From Mustelus asterias (taxonomy: Eukaryota): a stretch of 64,000 nucleotides of DNA. The translations under genes were made by a program, and so were the position numbers. Shown piece after piece: positions 37,721 through 49,908 of this stretch. The stretch lies in contig NC_135830.1 in NCBI RefSeq assembly GCF_964213995.1, forward strand, positions 15,748,001-15,812,000, read 5' to 3'. The notes beneath the pieces are model-generated. The model did no database searches and had not been told where the DNA came from. It saw only the letters and a program-made list of their open reading frames with translations. Position 1 is the first letter of the stretch. Every line of letters begins with the position of its first letter.

Positions 37721-38114
37721 CCAAAATCAGTTGTGAAACACAAATAATCTGATTTTAAGGCTTCCTGGTGCAATAAACTGATCATGCTCTTCCCAGCTCA
37801 CACCATTTCACACCCGCATCTGTTGGATTTTAATGTGATTGTCCAATGTAGAAACCTTGCATCTTTTAGCCACTTTGAATTCATACACGCCCTTCTCCCT
37901 CCACCCCCTTCTCCCTCCCCCCCCCTTCTCGCTCCCCCCCCACCCCCCCCCACCCCACCTAAAGAGATTGTCTTTGAAATCAGTCGTTCCTGAATGATAT
38001 AAAATTGTGTATAAAATTATGAAGGGCATAGATAGAGTGAACAGTGGGAAGCTTTTTCCCAGGTCGGAGGTGACGAACACAAGGGGTCACGGGTTCAAGG
38101 TGAGGGGGGCAAGG

Positions 38115-39515
38115 TCCAACCAGACCATTCTTTTGTATCCCTCCATTCCCACTCCGTTCATATGGCTCTCTAGATAAGTCTTAAATGTTCCCAGTGTGCC
38201 CGCCTCCACCACCTTGCCTGGCAGCGCATTCCAGGCCCCCACCACCCTCTGTGTAAAATATATCCTTCTGATATCTGTGTTAAACCTCCCCCCCTTCACC
38301 TTGAACCTATGACCCCTCGTGAACGTCACCACCGACCTGGGGAAAAGCTTCCCACCGTTCACCCTATCTATGCCTTTCATAATTTTATACACCTCTATTA
38401 AGTCTCCCCTCATCCTCCGTCTTTCCAGGGAGAACAACCCCAGTTTACCCAATCTCTCCTCATAACTAAGCCCCTCCATACCAGGCAACATCCTGGTAAA
38501 CCTCCTCTGTACTCTCTCCAAAGCCTCCACGTCCTTCTGGTAGTGTGGCGACCAGAACTGGACGCAGTACTCCAAATGCGGCCGAAACAACGTTCTAAAC
38601 ATCTGCAACATCAGACCCCAACTTTTATACTCTATGCCCCGTCCTATAAAGGCAAGCATGCCATATGCCTTCTTCACCACCTTTTCCACCTGTGACGTCA
38701 CCTTCAAGGATCTGTGGACTTGCACACCCAGGTCCCTCTGCGTATCTACACCCTTTATGGTTCTGCCATTTATCGTATAGCTCCTCCCTACATTATTTCT
38801 ACCAAAATGCATCACTTCGCATTTATCAGGATTGAACGCCATCTGCCATTTCTTTGCCCAAATTTGCAGCCTATCTATATCCTTCTGTAGCTTCTGACAA
38901 TGCTCCTCACTATCTGCAAGTCCTGCCAATTTTGTGTCGTCCGCAAACTTACTGATCACCCCAGTTACACCTTCTTCCAGATCGTTTATATAAATCACAA
39001 ACAGCAGAGGTCCCAATACAGAGCCCTGCGGAACACCACTAGTCACAGGCCTCCAGCCGGAAAAAGACCCTTCCACTACCACCCTCTGTCTTCTGTGACC
39101 AAGCCAGTTCTCCACCCATCTAGCCACCTCCCTCTTTATCCCATGAGATCCAACCTTTTTCACCAGCCTACCATGAGGGACTTTGTCAAACGCTTTACTA
39201 AAGTCCATATAGATGACATCCACGGCCCTTCCCTCGTCAACCATTCTGGTCACTTCTTCAAATAACTCCACCAGGCTAGTGAGGCATGACCTCCCTCTCA
39301 CAAAATCATGCTGACTGTCGGTAATGAGTTTATTCCTTTCTAAATGCGCATACATCCTATCTCTAAGAATCTTCTCCAACAACTTCCCCACCACGGACGT
39401 TAAGCTCACCGGTCTATAATTACCCGGGTTATCCTTCCTACCCTTCTTAAATAACGGGACCACATTAGCTATCCTCCAATCCTCTGGGACCTCACATGCG
39501 TCCAGTGACGAGACA
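38115..39515 (-). mobile_element. Young CR1 RT fragment, same subfamily as 11050-12336
   Basis: Open RT frame at 38087-39577, near-identical to the 11.1-12.3 kb copy. Confidence 0.93.
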
Positions 39516-39579
39516 CTGTTTGTGAATTGTTTGATGTTCCCATATCTCAGTGACAAATATTGAGCTGTTTGCTCCACGC

Positions 39580-39992
39580 AGTAAGAAGTCTCACAACCCC
39601 AGGTTAAAGTCCAACAGGTTTATTTGGTCGCACAAGCCACTAGCTTTCGGAGCACTGCTCTTTCATCAGGTCAGTGGGAGTTCTGTTCACAAACAGGGCA
39701 TATAAAGACACAAAATCAATTTACAAAATTTACAGCCTGCATACAATACGCATCTCTTTAACCTGTGCTTGACCACCTCTCCACTCACATTGTCTGTACC
39801 TTTAAGACTTGATTACCTTAAAGACTCGTATTCCAACCATTATTTTGTAAATTGAGTTTGTGTCTGTAAATGCCCTGTTTGTGAACAGAACTCCCACTCA
39901 CCTGATGAAGGAGCAGCGCTCCGAAAGCTTGTGGCTTGTGCTACCAAATAAACCTGTTGGACTTTAACCTGGTGTTGTGAGACTTCTTACTG
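39580..39992. mobile_element. Non-autonomous Penelope-like element with inverted pseudo-LTRs
   Basis: Arms of about 150 bp (39580-39730 and 39842-39991) are inverted repeats matching the ends of the GIY-YIG element at 55.7-56.9 kb. Confidence 0.85.
39894..39934 (+). ncRNA. Minimal hammerhead ribozyme motif (Penelope-associated)
   Basis: cac-c-CUGAUGA-aggagc-agc-gcucc-GAAA-gc-UU-gug. Confidence 0.65.
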
Positions 39993-40151
39993 TACTAATA
40001 CATGTGACAATAATAAATCAAATTGTACGTTCAAATTGAAATTCTGTTCTCCAAGGGATGAGTTCAAAGATAAATAATTACTGCGCTTAATTCTTGAATT
40101 AATCCCTGCTGTCTGTGCTGAATGAACCCATCTCAGTGGTAAATGTTGATG

Positions 40152-40446
40152 TGTTTGCTCCGCACCCACAGGGCTCCATCTGTTTGCTCCACACCCACAG
40201 GGCTCCATCTGTTTGCTCCGCACCCACAGGGCTCCATCTGTTTGCTCCGCACCCACAGGGCTCCATCTGTTTGCTCCGCACCCACAGGGCTCCATCTGTT
40301 TGCTCCGCACCCACAGGGCTCCATCTGTTTGCTCCGCACCCACAGGGCTCCATCTGTTTGCTCCGCACCCACAGGGCTCCATCTGTTTGCTCCGCACCCA
40401 CAGGGCTCCATCTGTTTGCTCCGCACCCACAGGGCTCCATCTGTTT
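40152..40446. repeat. 29-bp minisatellite, 10 near-perfect copies
   Basis: Unit tgtttgctccgcacccacagggctccatc, with one substitution in unit 2. Confidence 0.95.
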
Positions 40447-40519
40447 GAAGCCACAAACAGAAAGGTCCAGTTTTCTCCTGGAGTTTGACACAAAGCAGCT
40501 TTCACAATGATGCAGAGTT

Positions 40520-40930
40520 TCAGCCAATGAGAGCGATCCGGAGTCAGCCCCGCCCCTCATTCACTCCGATTGGTTGGAGGACCAGCCGCTCCCGCTCAGT
40601 CCTCCAGCCCCGCCCCCTCTTCCTATTGGTCCGGAGCCGCCGTCAATCACAGTATGGAGTACATGCGCAGTGTGGATTAGCTTTGACCGATTCACAGACG
40701 GTGAGTTTGCGGCGTGGCCGGAGAGATAGAGCTGGTGGGTGGATGGAGAAGCTTCATAAGCACTTGTAATGGACCTGAAAGCAGCATAAGGTGCTAACGG
40801 TCCCGAATTTGTATCTCTGGGGCAACAGCTGCTCCGCGCCGCTTCGCTCGGTAACAAACCCGGGTTAACGGCCACCATCTTTGGGGCGATGTGCAGGAGT
40901 GCGCATGCTCGCTGCTTCCTGTCAGCAGGA
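40520..40930 (+). promoter_or_regulatory. CpG-island promoter and first exon of the 42.2-kb ZNF
   Basis: Three CCAAT boxes (about 40524, 40570, 40625), two GC boxes, NRF1-like catgcgca and tgcgcatgc, donor acg|gtgagt at 40700. Confidence 0.7.
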
Positions 40931-41399
40931 GGAGAGAATGTTGTGAATTTCTCTCCGGGACTGACAGGGATGGACTTTGGAAACTCCTTTTACAGGGAGT
41001 TAGAAGGGGAGGATTTACACACAGAAAACTCAACCCAAGAGAAATATTTATCTCTTCTAAATTTCTGTCCTGGATTAACAGTGATTTTTGTTTTGTAATC
41101 TTGATTTACAGAATACGACAATTGGAAAATTCAAACCGAAGATCACATCACATCTGGCAGCCATCCCGTTCTTTAGAATCTGAATATCATCAGCTTTTGA
41201 ATGTGAAAGGTCAAAGGTTTGTCTGCTCTGTCTGTTGGGAACGATTTCAGATTTCTGGGGTGGCACAGTGGTTAAGCATTACTGCAACACAACGCCAGAG
41301 ACCCAGGTTCGATTCCAGCCTCGGGTGATTGTGTGGAGTTTGCATGTCCTCCCCCCTATTTCCTCCCACAGTCTAAAGATGTGCAGATTAGGTGGGTGG

Positions 41400-41870
41400 C
41401 CAATAACTGGTGTGAAGATAATCCCAGAAACTATAGTCAGTTTAGTCTTGGCGATAGGGAAAATTCCTGAAACAATAATTGAGGACAAATTTAATAGTCA
41501 CCTGAGTAAATGTGGGTTAATAAGGAAAGCCAGCATGGATTTGTGAAGGGAACTAACCTGCTTAACCTGTTTTTTGATGAGGTTACAGACACCAGTGTTG
41601 AGGATAATGCTACTAATATGGTGAACATGGACTTCCAAAAGGCATTAGATAAATTGCTGCACAACAGACTTAGGAACAAAGTTATGACTCGTGGAATGAA
41701 AGGGACAGTAACAACATTGACACAAAATTGTCCACGGGACAGGAAACTAATGAAATATTGGTTAATGGATGTTTGGGAGTTCTCAGGAGCTGGTGTTAAC
41801 ACCCTGCTCTTCCTAATGTTCACAAATGACCCAGACCTTGGTGTTCAGGAACAGTTTTGAAATTAGTGGG
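41400..41870 (+). mobile_element. Degenerate CR1 RT fragment
   Basis: ESQHGFVKG..MDFQKALDK. Confidence 0.7.
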
Positions 41871-42201
41871 GACAGTCTTCTGTAGACCCAGACCGTGTGG
41901 CAGGTTCCCTTCTCCGAAGGATATCAGTGAATAAGTTGCATTTTTACAACAATCCAGCAGTTTTCATTGTCACTTTTTCCCAGTGACAGACGTACAAATG
42001 ACCAGATTAATTCAGTTCAATTTCACAAACTGCCTGTGTTTTTATGAGTTCTCTCTCACTCCCTTTTTTTCTGTTTTGAAACAGTTATACAGGGTTTTAG
42101 AAGAGCAGGATTTGCAGTCGGGAAATTGAAACGAAACATCACATCACAACCTGGTGGAGTTTTCCAATGTATCGTAACCTGAATATCATTTGATTTTGAA
42201 C

Positions 42202-43248
42202 ATGGAAGGAACAAGCACCGTTCACAGTGGGGAAAATCCATACACGTGTTCTGTGTGTGGACGAGGCTTCAGCCAATCATCTGACCTGTTGAAACACAAA
42301 TGCAGTCAATCCAGGAAGAAACCGTGGAAATGCAGGGATTGTGGGAAGGGATTCAAATCCCCGTCTGGCCTGGAAAGTCATTGGCTCAGTCACACTGGGG
42401 AGAAACCGTTCACGTGCTTCAAATGTGGGAAGGGATTCACTCGTCAATCCTACCTTCTGACACATCAGCGACTTCACACTGGGGAAAGGCCGTTCACCTG
42501 TTTTGTGTATGGGAAGGGATTCATTCAGTCATCTACCCTGTTGAATCACCAGCGAGTTCACACTGAGGAGAGACCAATTAAATGCTCAGACTGTGGGAAG
42601 TGTTACAAATGTTCTGGGGAACAGGTGCGCCATCAACGTGTTCACAGCAATGAGAGGCCATTCACCTGTTCCTTGTGTGGGAAAGGATTTACTCAGCAAT
42701 ACAAACTGCTGACACACCAGCGAGTTCACACTGATGAGAGACCTTTTACATGTCCAGACTGTGGAAAACACTTTAAAAGTTCCCAGGACTTGATGCAGCA
42801 TCAACTTGTTCACACTGATGAGAGACCGTTCAGATGCTCTCACTGTGGGTCTGCATTCAAGCGATCGTCTCACCTCACTGTACACCAGCAAATTCACACT
42901 GGGGAGAGGCTGTCCACCTGCCCTGAGTGTAGCAAAGGGTTTACTCAGTCATCCATCCTTCTGACACACCAGTGTGTTCAAACTGGGGGGAGGCCATTCA
43001 TCTGCTCTGAGTGTGGGAAGGGTTTCCCTTCCTCATCCAAACTTCTGATGCACCAGCACGTTCACACTGGGGAGAGACCGTTCACCTGCTCTGTGTGTGG
43101 GAAGGGTTTCACTCAGTCATCGAACCTGCTGACACACCAGCGAGTTCACACTGGGGAGAGGCCGTTCACATGTGCTGAATGTGGGAAGGGATTTGCTTAT
43201 TTTTCTGTACTGATGAGACACCAACAAGCTCACAAACAACGACAATGA
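42202..43248 (+). CDS. C2H2 zinc-finger protein, 12 fingers (3 degenerate)
   Basis: aacATGg start [14 protein letters not shown], open to TGA at 43248, acceptor tatacag at about 42091, aataaa at about 43356. Confidence 0.85.
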   Translation: MEGTSTVHSGENPYTCSVCGRGFSQSSDLLKHKCSQSRKKPWKCRDCGKGFKSPSGLESHWLSHTGEKPFTCFKCGKGFTRQSYLLTHQRLHTGERPFTCFVYGKGFIQSSTLLNHQRVHTEERPIKCSDCGKCYKCSGEQVRHQRVHSNERPFTCSLCGKGFTQQYKLLTHQRVHTDERPFTCPDCGKHFKSSQDLMQHQLVHTDERPFRCSHCGSAFKRSSHLTVHQQIHTGERLSTCPECSKGFTQSSILLTHQCVQTGGRPFICSECGKGFPSSSKLLMHQHVHTGERPFTCSVCGKGFTQSSNLLTHQRVHTGERPFTCAECGKGFAYFSVLMRHQQAHKQRQ

Positions 43249-43433
43249 TTGAATTTTGCTGTCAATGACATCCAGGATTATGTTCGTTGGGGTCTATCGG
43301 ATGATGTCAATACATTCCAGCCAGTTGTTTGGGCTAATATTGTGGATAAAGGTCAAATAAATCAGTTTCATATTACTATTTTTATATTGAACACACTGTG
43401 TTGCATCTATTTAATGTCTCTAACTCACTTAAG

Positions 43434-44990
43434 TTAGATAAATCGCCGGGACCGGATGGGATGTACCCCAGGTTACTGTGGGAGGTGAGGAAGAGATTGC
43501 TGATCCTCTGGCGATGATCTTTGCGTCATCAATGGAGACGGGAGAGGTTCCGGTGGATTGGAGGATGGCGGATGTGGTTCCGTTATTCAAGAAAGGGAGA
43601 AGAAATTGCCCAGGAAATTATAGACCGGTGAGTCTAACCTCAGTGGTAGGTAAGTTGATGGAGAAGATCCTGAGAGGCAGGATTTATGAACATTTGGAAA
43701 GGAATAGTATGATCAGAAGTAGCCAGCACGGCTTTGTCCGAGGCAGATCATCCCTTACGAGTCTGATTGAGTTTTTTTAAGATGTGACTAGACACTTAGA
43801 CGGCGGAAGAGCGGTAAATGTGGTTTATATGGATTTCAGTAAGGTGTTTGATAAGGTGCCCCATGCAAGGCTTATGGAGAAAGTGAAGGGGCAAGGGATA
43901 CAAGGGGATGTTGCTTTGTGTATTCAGAACTGGCTTGCTCACAGAAGGCAAAGGGTGGTTCTAGATGGGTCTTTTTCAGAGTGGAGGTCGGTCACCAGTG
44001 GGGTGCCCCAGGGATCTGTTCTGGGACCCTTGCTCTTTGTGATTTTTATAAATGACCTGGATGAGGAAGTGGAAGAATGGGTTGGCAAGTTTGCTGATGA
44101 CACAAAAGTTGGAGGTGTTGTGGATAGTGTAGAGGGATGTCAACAGTTGCAACGAGACATAGATAAGATGCAAGACTGGGCAGAGAAATGGCAGATGGAC
44201 TTCAACCCAGATAAGTGAGTGGTGGGTCATTTTGGTCGGTCGAATAGGATGGAAGAATATAATATTAAGGGTAAGACGCTTGGCAGTGTAGAAGAACAGA
44301 GGGATCTTGGGGTCCGGGTTCATAGGACGCTCAAAGCAGCGTCACAGGTAGAGGCTGTGGTTAAGAAGGCGTATGGAATACTGGCCTTCATCAATAGAGG
44401 AATTGAGTTTAGAAATCGGGAGATAATGCTGCAGCTGTATAGGATCCTGGTCAGACCCCAACTGGAGTACTGTGCCCAGTTCTGGTCGCCTCATTACAGA
44501 AAGGATGTGGAAGCCGTAGAACGGGTGCAGAGGAGATTTACGAGGATGTTGCCAGGATTAAGTGGTATGCCTTTTGAGGATAGGTTGAGAGAGCTAGGTC
44601 TTTTCTCCTTGGAGAGGCGAAGGATGAGAGGTGACCTGATAGAGGTGTATAAGATGTTGAGGGGTATTGATAGAATGGATTCTCAGATGCTTTTACCCAG
44701 GGCTGAAATGGTTGTCACGAGAGGCCACAGGTTTAGGGTGCTGGGGAGTAGGTACAGAGGAGATGTTCGGGGTAAGTGTTTCACTCAGAGGGTGGTGGGT
44801 GCGTGGAATCGGCTGCCGGTGGTGATGGTGGAGGCGGATTCGATTGAGTCTTTTAAGAAACTTTTGGATAGGTTCATGGAGGTTAGTAAGAAAGAGGGTT
44901 ATAGATGAGCCTAGAAGGTAAGGAAATTGTTCGGCACAACTTGTGGGCCGAAGGGCCTGTTTGTGCTGTAGCTTTTCTATGTTCTATGTT
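43434..44990 (+). mobile_element. CR1 RT fragment with stops
   Basis: ORFs 43478-44908 carry RT motifs. Tail ttctatg repeats. Confidence 0.9.
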
Positions 44991-45087
44991 CACTTTGGAT
45001 CCTTTTGAAGGGCTCTCCCTCTCCTTTGTCTTCTCCATCCTTACCTCCAACAACAAGTGTGAGGAGCGCATGGAGCTTCTTTGTCAC

Positions 45088-45747
45088 TGTTGTAGGTAAA
45101 AAACCTCTGACACTATTTGTGGTTCAAAATGCAGTGTTTATTTTCACAATTGTGGGAGAAGTGAGGTTCCTAACAGTGGACCCCCAGCCTTCTCATCGAA
45201 CACAAGTAAGAACAGAATTTATATATGTCCCGGGCCCCGCCCTCATTACATTGCAATTCTCTAAGATGTCTGTCATTGTTCATGGTGAGATTCTTGTTGT
45301 ATTAGCAGTATCTTCCTCTGCGTAGTTTGTTCGATCTCCAAGGCCACGATTGTTCGTCATTTATATCCTTGAAACAACATCACAGGTTTTGCACAAATAA
45401 GTTAACTAATCTACATACAAGTTTGTATAATACTTTATATCAGGATAAGATGAATAACGTATGATGAATATATATATGAATCTATGGTGATTCAAAGACA
45501 GACGGCATACATGTCAACTCCATCGTGTTAAACAAAGGTACATAAAAATGGAGACTGTTTAGCTTATTTCGAGCTGGGCTAATCACATTTCTTAATAACA
45601 AGAATAGCTGTTCCTCTTATCTGGTACAGACATGAAAAACACCGAACTCTGACGAAAACATGAACTCTGCAGTCTTCTCACAAAATCACAGAGTTTGGGT
45701 CTTAATGCTTAAGTGTGACAAAGTTCATTAACCCATTCCTGACTTCA
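45088..45747 (-). mobile_element. Solo LTR (660 bp) with 5-bp TSD
   Basis: TG...CA termini, gtcac at 45083-45087 and 45748-45752, minus-strand TATA-like (about 45218) and AATAAA (about 45137). It splits a motif that is intact in paralogous ZNF flanks. Confidence 0.85.
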
Positions 45748-45760
45748 GTCACTAAGATTG

Positions 45761-46157
45761 AGGGGAGGTGATGGCCTAGTGGTATTAACACTAGACGGTT
45801 AATCCAGAAACTCAGCTAATGTTCTGGGTACCAGGTTTCAATCCCACCAGGGCAGATGGTGAAATCTGAATTCAATAAAAAAATATCTGGAATTAAGAAT
45901 TTACTGATGACCGTGAAACAATTGTCGCAAAAACCCATCTGGTTTAATGATGTCCTTTAGGGAAGGAAATCTGCCGTCCTTGCCTGGTCTGGCCTACATG
46001 GGACTGCAGAGCCACAGCAATGTGGTTGACTCTAAAATGTCCGAGCAAGCCACTCAGTTGTTCAAGAAGGCAGCTCATCACCACCTTCTCAAGGGCAACT
46101 TGCAATAAATGCTGGCCATGCAACAACATCCATGCCCCATAGATGAAATAAAAAAAG
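45761..46157 (+). mobile_element. tRNA-derived SINE (second family)
   Basis: Homologous to 5793-6125. Confidence 0.8.
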
Positions 46158-48288
46158 CTGCCTCTGTTGCTTCCCTTCCTCCCACGAGCCCATCCTTGAC
46201 CCCAGTGTCTTTGTTCCCCTCCTGCCCATCTCTCATTACAACTTCCAAAATCCCTGTCGTCTCCCAAATCTCTGCCCATATGTCCTGAAATTCCCTGTGT
46301 GAATCCCTCTGATTACATTTGTCTTTCGCACAGTATTAAACCAGCTCTTACCAAAGTCTCAAATTACTGCGTGAATATGACTGAGGTAAGCTATCTGTCA
46401 CTGTCCTTCTCAGCCAGTCTGCAGTTATTGACACCATTGACCAAACCATCTTCCTCCAGTGCCTCTCCATTGTTGTCCAGCTGGGTGGGACTGCACACTT
46501 CGGATTAATTTCTTATCTGATTATAGCCAGAGAATCACCGGCAGCCACTGTGATTATTACAGACAGAGAGCAAGTGAATAGAGGGAGCAAAGTAAATGGG
46601 GAAAAGAGACAGTGAGAGTGAATGGGATGGAAGTTCGTAAACTGAGACAAAGAGAAACAGATTGAGACAGAAAATGGGGTCAACATTGTTCCTAAGAGAT
46701 GAGATTAATGCTTTTCAAACCTTCCTGATCATTATAACTTATCAATTTCTGTAAAATATTTTGAGTGAATGTAACAAGGCCTGGATATGAGATTCTGAAA
46801 CTCCCTCCCTAACTGTCCAGATTAAAGGTGTTTGTTAAGGTCTGTCTCTCCAAACAAGGTTTTGACCATCCATCCTAATATTGTGCTCTGTGACCCAGTA
46901 ATTCTAGTTGCTGATCTATCAGGAATGGACTTGCTGCCGTCTGGAACAAAACTGTTTTCACCACTAAGGCTCCGCTGTGATGTAATAGTCTCTATGACAT
47001 CATCGCAGCAGGACTGGATGACATCATCAGTGTCCATTGTTTCTGAATGATCCACATCAATAACAACAGGAAATACTCATCAAGCTGAGCACATTATCTA
47101 GGCTGACACTGCAGTCTGACACTGAGGGACTGCTGCACTCTGACACACACTGTCCTTCACATGGAGCTTGTGGAGGCTCTGACCACAATCTTCCAATCCT
47201 CCTTATCGAGTAGTGGTGCCAAAAGGCTGAGAGATTGTAAATGTTACATCCCTGTTCAAAAAATTACAGAACAATCATCTTAACATCAGCGGTGGAGAAA
47301 AATGAAACCAATAATCTGGGGCGCAATCAACTGGTACTTGGAAAAGTGTGGATTCTTATTGTCAGCATTTTCTGTTTTAATATTGAAAACTTCCCTGGAT
47401 CTCAAGGCTGGGAAAGACATTCTGGAAGGTCATCCCCCCAACCCTCTCTCTATCCCTCCTCACATCCCTCCCTACAACAAGAACCATTCACTCTGCACAG
47501 CAGTTTCACCCTCATTCCCCCAGTTTGTATTCCAGCCTTTACCACATCCACTCTGCTCCCAGATACTTCACACCATTAGATATTACAATTCAAACTTTAT
47601 AATCTCTCCAATGTAATATTTGTTCATACAGCAGACAAATCATCAATTCCACTCCCACCCTGAGCTATGGGGATATATTTATACATTATCTCATTTCACA
47701 ATAAAACTCACACACTGAATTTCAGATTTGCTGCAGTTATTTTAATTTGCCCAGCAGATTATTTAGAGTGAGATTGACATCAACCCTTCATGGTCTCAGT
47801 CTGTCTCTGTGTTTGTGAGAGTGTCTGAGATAGTGTGTGTGTCTGAGCGTGTGTATGCATGAGTGTGTATCTGTGCGTACGTGTGTGTGTGTTTGTGTGA
47901 GATTATAGAAAGATAGAAACTAGAAGCAGGAGTAGGCCATTCGGCTCTTCGAGCCTGCTCCGCCATTCATTTTGATCATGGCTGATCATCGAATTCAACA
48001 TTCTGATCCCCCTTCTTCCCATACCTTTAGCCCCAAGAGCTATATCTAATTTATTCTTGGAATCATATGTATGTGTCTGCATTTTTCTGAGTATTTGTGT
48101 GTCTATGAGTTTGTCTGTATTTGTTTCCGAGATTGATATCAGTTATGAGAATAGATTCGTCTGCATTAAAATATATTCAAATAAAAATAATAGGAATAAG
48201 AAAAATACAGCAGCACAATCCTCCAACAAGATCCTTCAGTAATCTGAGACTTCAGTGATTTCCCAGGCAGAGGCCATTTACCTCACAT

Positions 48289-48304
48289 CGCCACAAGAGG
48301 GAGC
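48289..48304 (+). promoter_or_regulatory. CTCF-like motif
   Basis: cgccacaagagggagc compared with consensus CCASYAGRKGGCRS. Confidence 0.5.
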
Positions 48305-48352
48305 TCCCTCGCTGTGTTTGTGTGTTCACTGCAGCAGGAGCGGGTTCCATGA

Positions 48353-49908
48353 CACAGTGAAATGTAACAGAGCAGAAATCCAGGGGAACTGGATTAATTG
48401 TTGGATTACACAGTGATATGTCACAGAGCAGGAATCCAGGAGAACTGGATTAATTGTTAGATTACACAGTGATATGTTACAGAGCAGTAATCCAGGGGAA
48501 CTGGATTAATTGTTGGATTACACAGTGACATATTACAGAGCAGTAATCCAGGAGAACTGGATTAATTGTTAGATTACACAGTGATATTTTACAGAGCAGA
48601 AATCCAGGGGAACTGGATTAATTGTTAGATTACACAGTGATATGTTACAGAGCAGTAATCCAGGAGAACTGGATTAATTGTTGGATTACACAGTGATATG
48701 TTACAGAGCAGTAATCCAGGGAACTGGATTAATTGTTAGATTACACAGTGATATGTTACAGAGCAGAAATCCAGGGGAACTGGATTAATTGTTGGATTAC
48801 ACAGTGATATATTACAGAGCAGAAATTCAGGAGAACTGGATTAATTGTTGGATTACACAGTGATATGAAACAGAGCAGAAATCCAGGGGAACTGGATTAA
48901 TTGTTAGATTACACAGTGATATGTTACAGAGCAGTAAGCCAGGAGAACTGGATTAATTGTTAGATTACACAGTGATATGTTACAGAGCAGTAATCCAGGA
49001 GAACTGGATTAATTGTTGGATTACACAGTGATATGTAACAGAGCAGAAATCCAGGAGAACTGGATTAATTGTTAGATTACACAGTGATATGTTACAGAGC
49101 AGAAATCCAGGAGAACTTGATTCATTGTTGGATTACACAGTGATATGTAACAGAGCAGAAATCCAGGAGAACTGGATTAATTGTTAGATTACACAGTGAT
49201 ATGTTACAGAGCAGAAATCCAGGAGAACTTGATTCATTGTTGGATTACACAGTGATATGTAACAGAGCAGAAATCCAGGAGAACTGGATTAATTGTTAGA
49301 TTACACAGTGATATGTTACAGAGCAGAAATCCAGGAGAACTTGATTCATTGTTGGATTACACAGTGATATGTAACAGAGCAGAAATCCAGGAGAACTGGA
49401 TTAATTGTTGGATTACACAGTGATATGTTACAGAGCAGAAATCCAGGAGAACTTGATTCATTGTTGGATTACACAGTGATATGTAACAGAGCAGAAATCC
49501 AGGGAACTGGATTAATTGTTAGATTACACAGTGATATGTTACAGAGCAGCAATCCAGGAGAACTGGATTAATTGTTAGATTACACAGTGACATATTACAG
49601 AGCAGTAATCCAGGGGAACTGGATTAATTGTTAGATTACACAGTGATATGTTACAGAGCAGTAATCCAGGGAACTGGATTAATTGTTAGATTACACAGTG
49701 ATATGTTACAGAGCAGAAATCCAGGGGAACTGGATTAATTGTTAGATTACACAGTGATATGTTACAGAGCAGTAATCCAGGGAACTGGATTAATTGTTAG
49801 ATTACACAGTGATATGTTACAGAGCAGAAATCCAGGAGAACTGGATTAATTGTTGGATTACACAGTGATATGTTACAGAGCAGAAATCCAGGAGAACTGG
49901 ATTAATTG
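48353..49908 (+). repeat. 56-bp tandem array, 28 copies, each with CACAGTG-12nt-GCAG(A/T)AATC and a hairpin
   Basis: Heptamers run from 48353 to 49861 at 56-bp spacing (four at 55 bp). Stem aatccag/ctggatt. Confidence 0.95.

Noticed and set aside
39987-40560. Multiple repetitive ORFs of 90-170 aa
   Set aside because: Artefacts of the stop-free 29-bp minisatellite.
46822-47055. Possible coding exon or C/D snoRNA (atgacatcatc twice, terminal ctga)
   Set aside because: No recognisable protein, an imperfect C box and no terminal stem.
48311-48352. Ig V-segment 3' end before the first heptamer (gctgtg...cactgcagcag)
   Set aside because: No YYC motif or upstream V framework in any frame. The upstream sequence is the non-coding duplicated arm.
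48353-49908. CRISPR array (hairpin-containing repeats)
   Set aside because: Units are contiguous with no unique spacers, the context is eukaryotic, and there are no cas genes.
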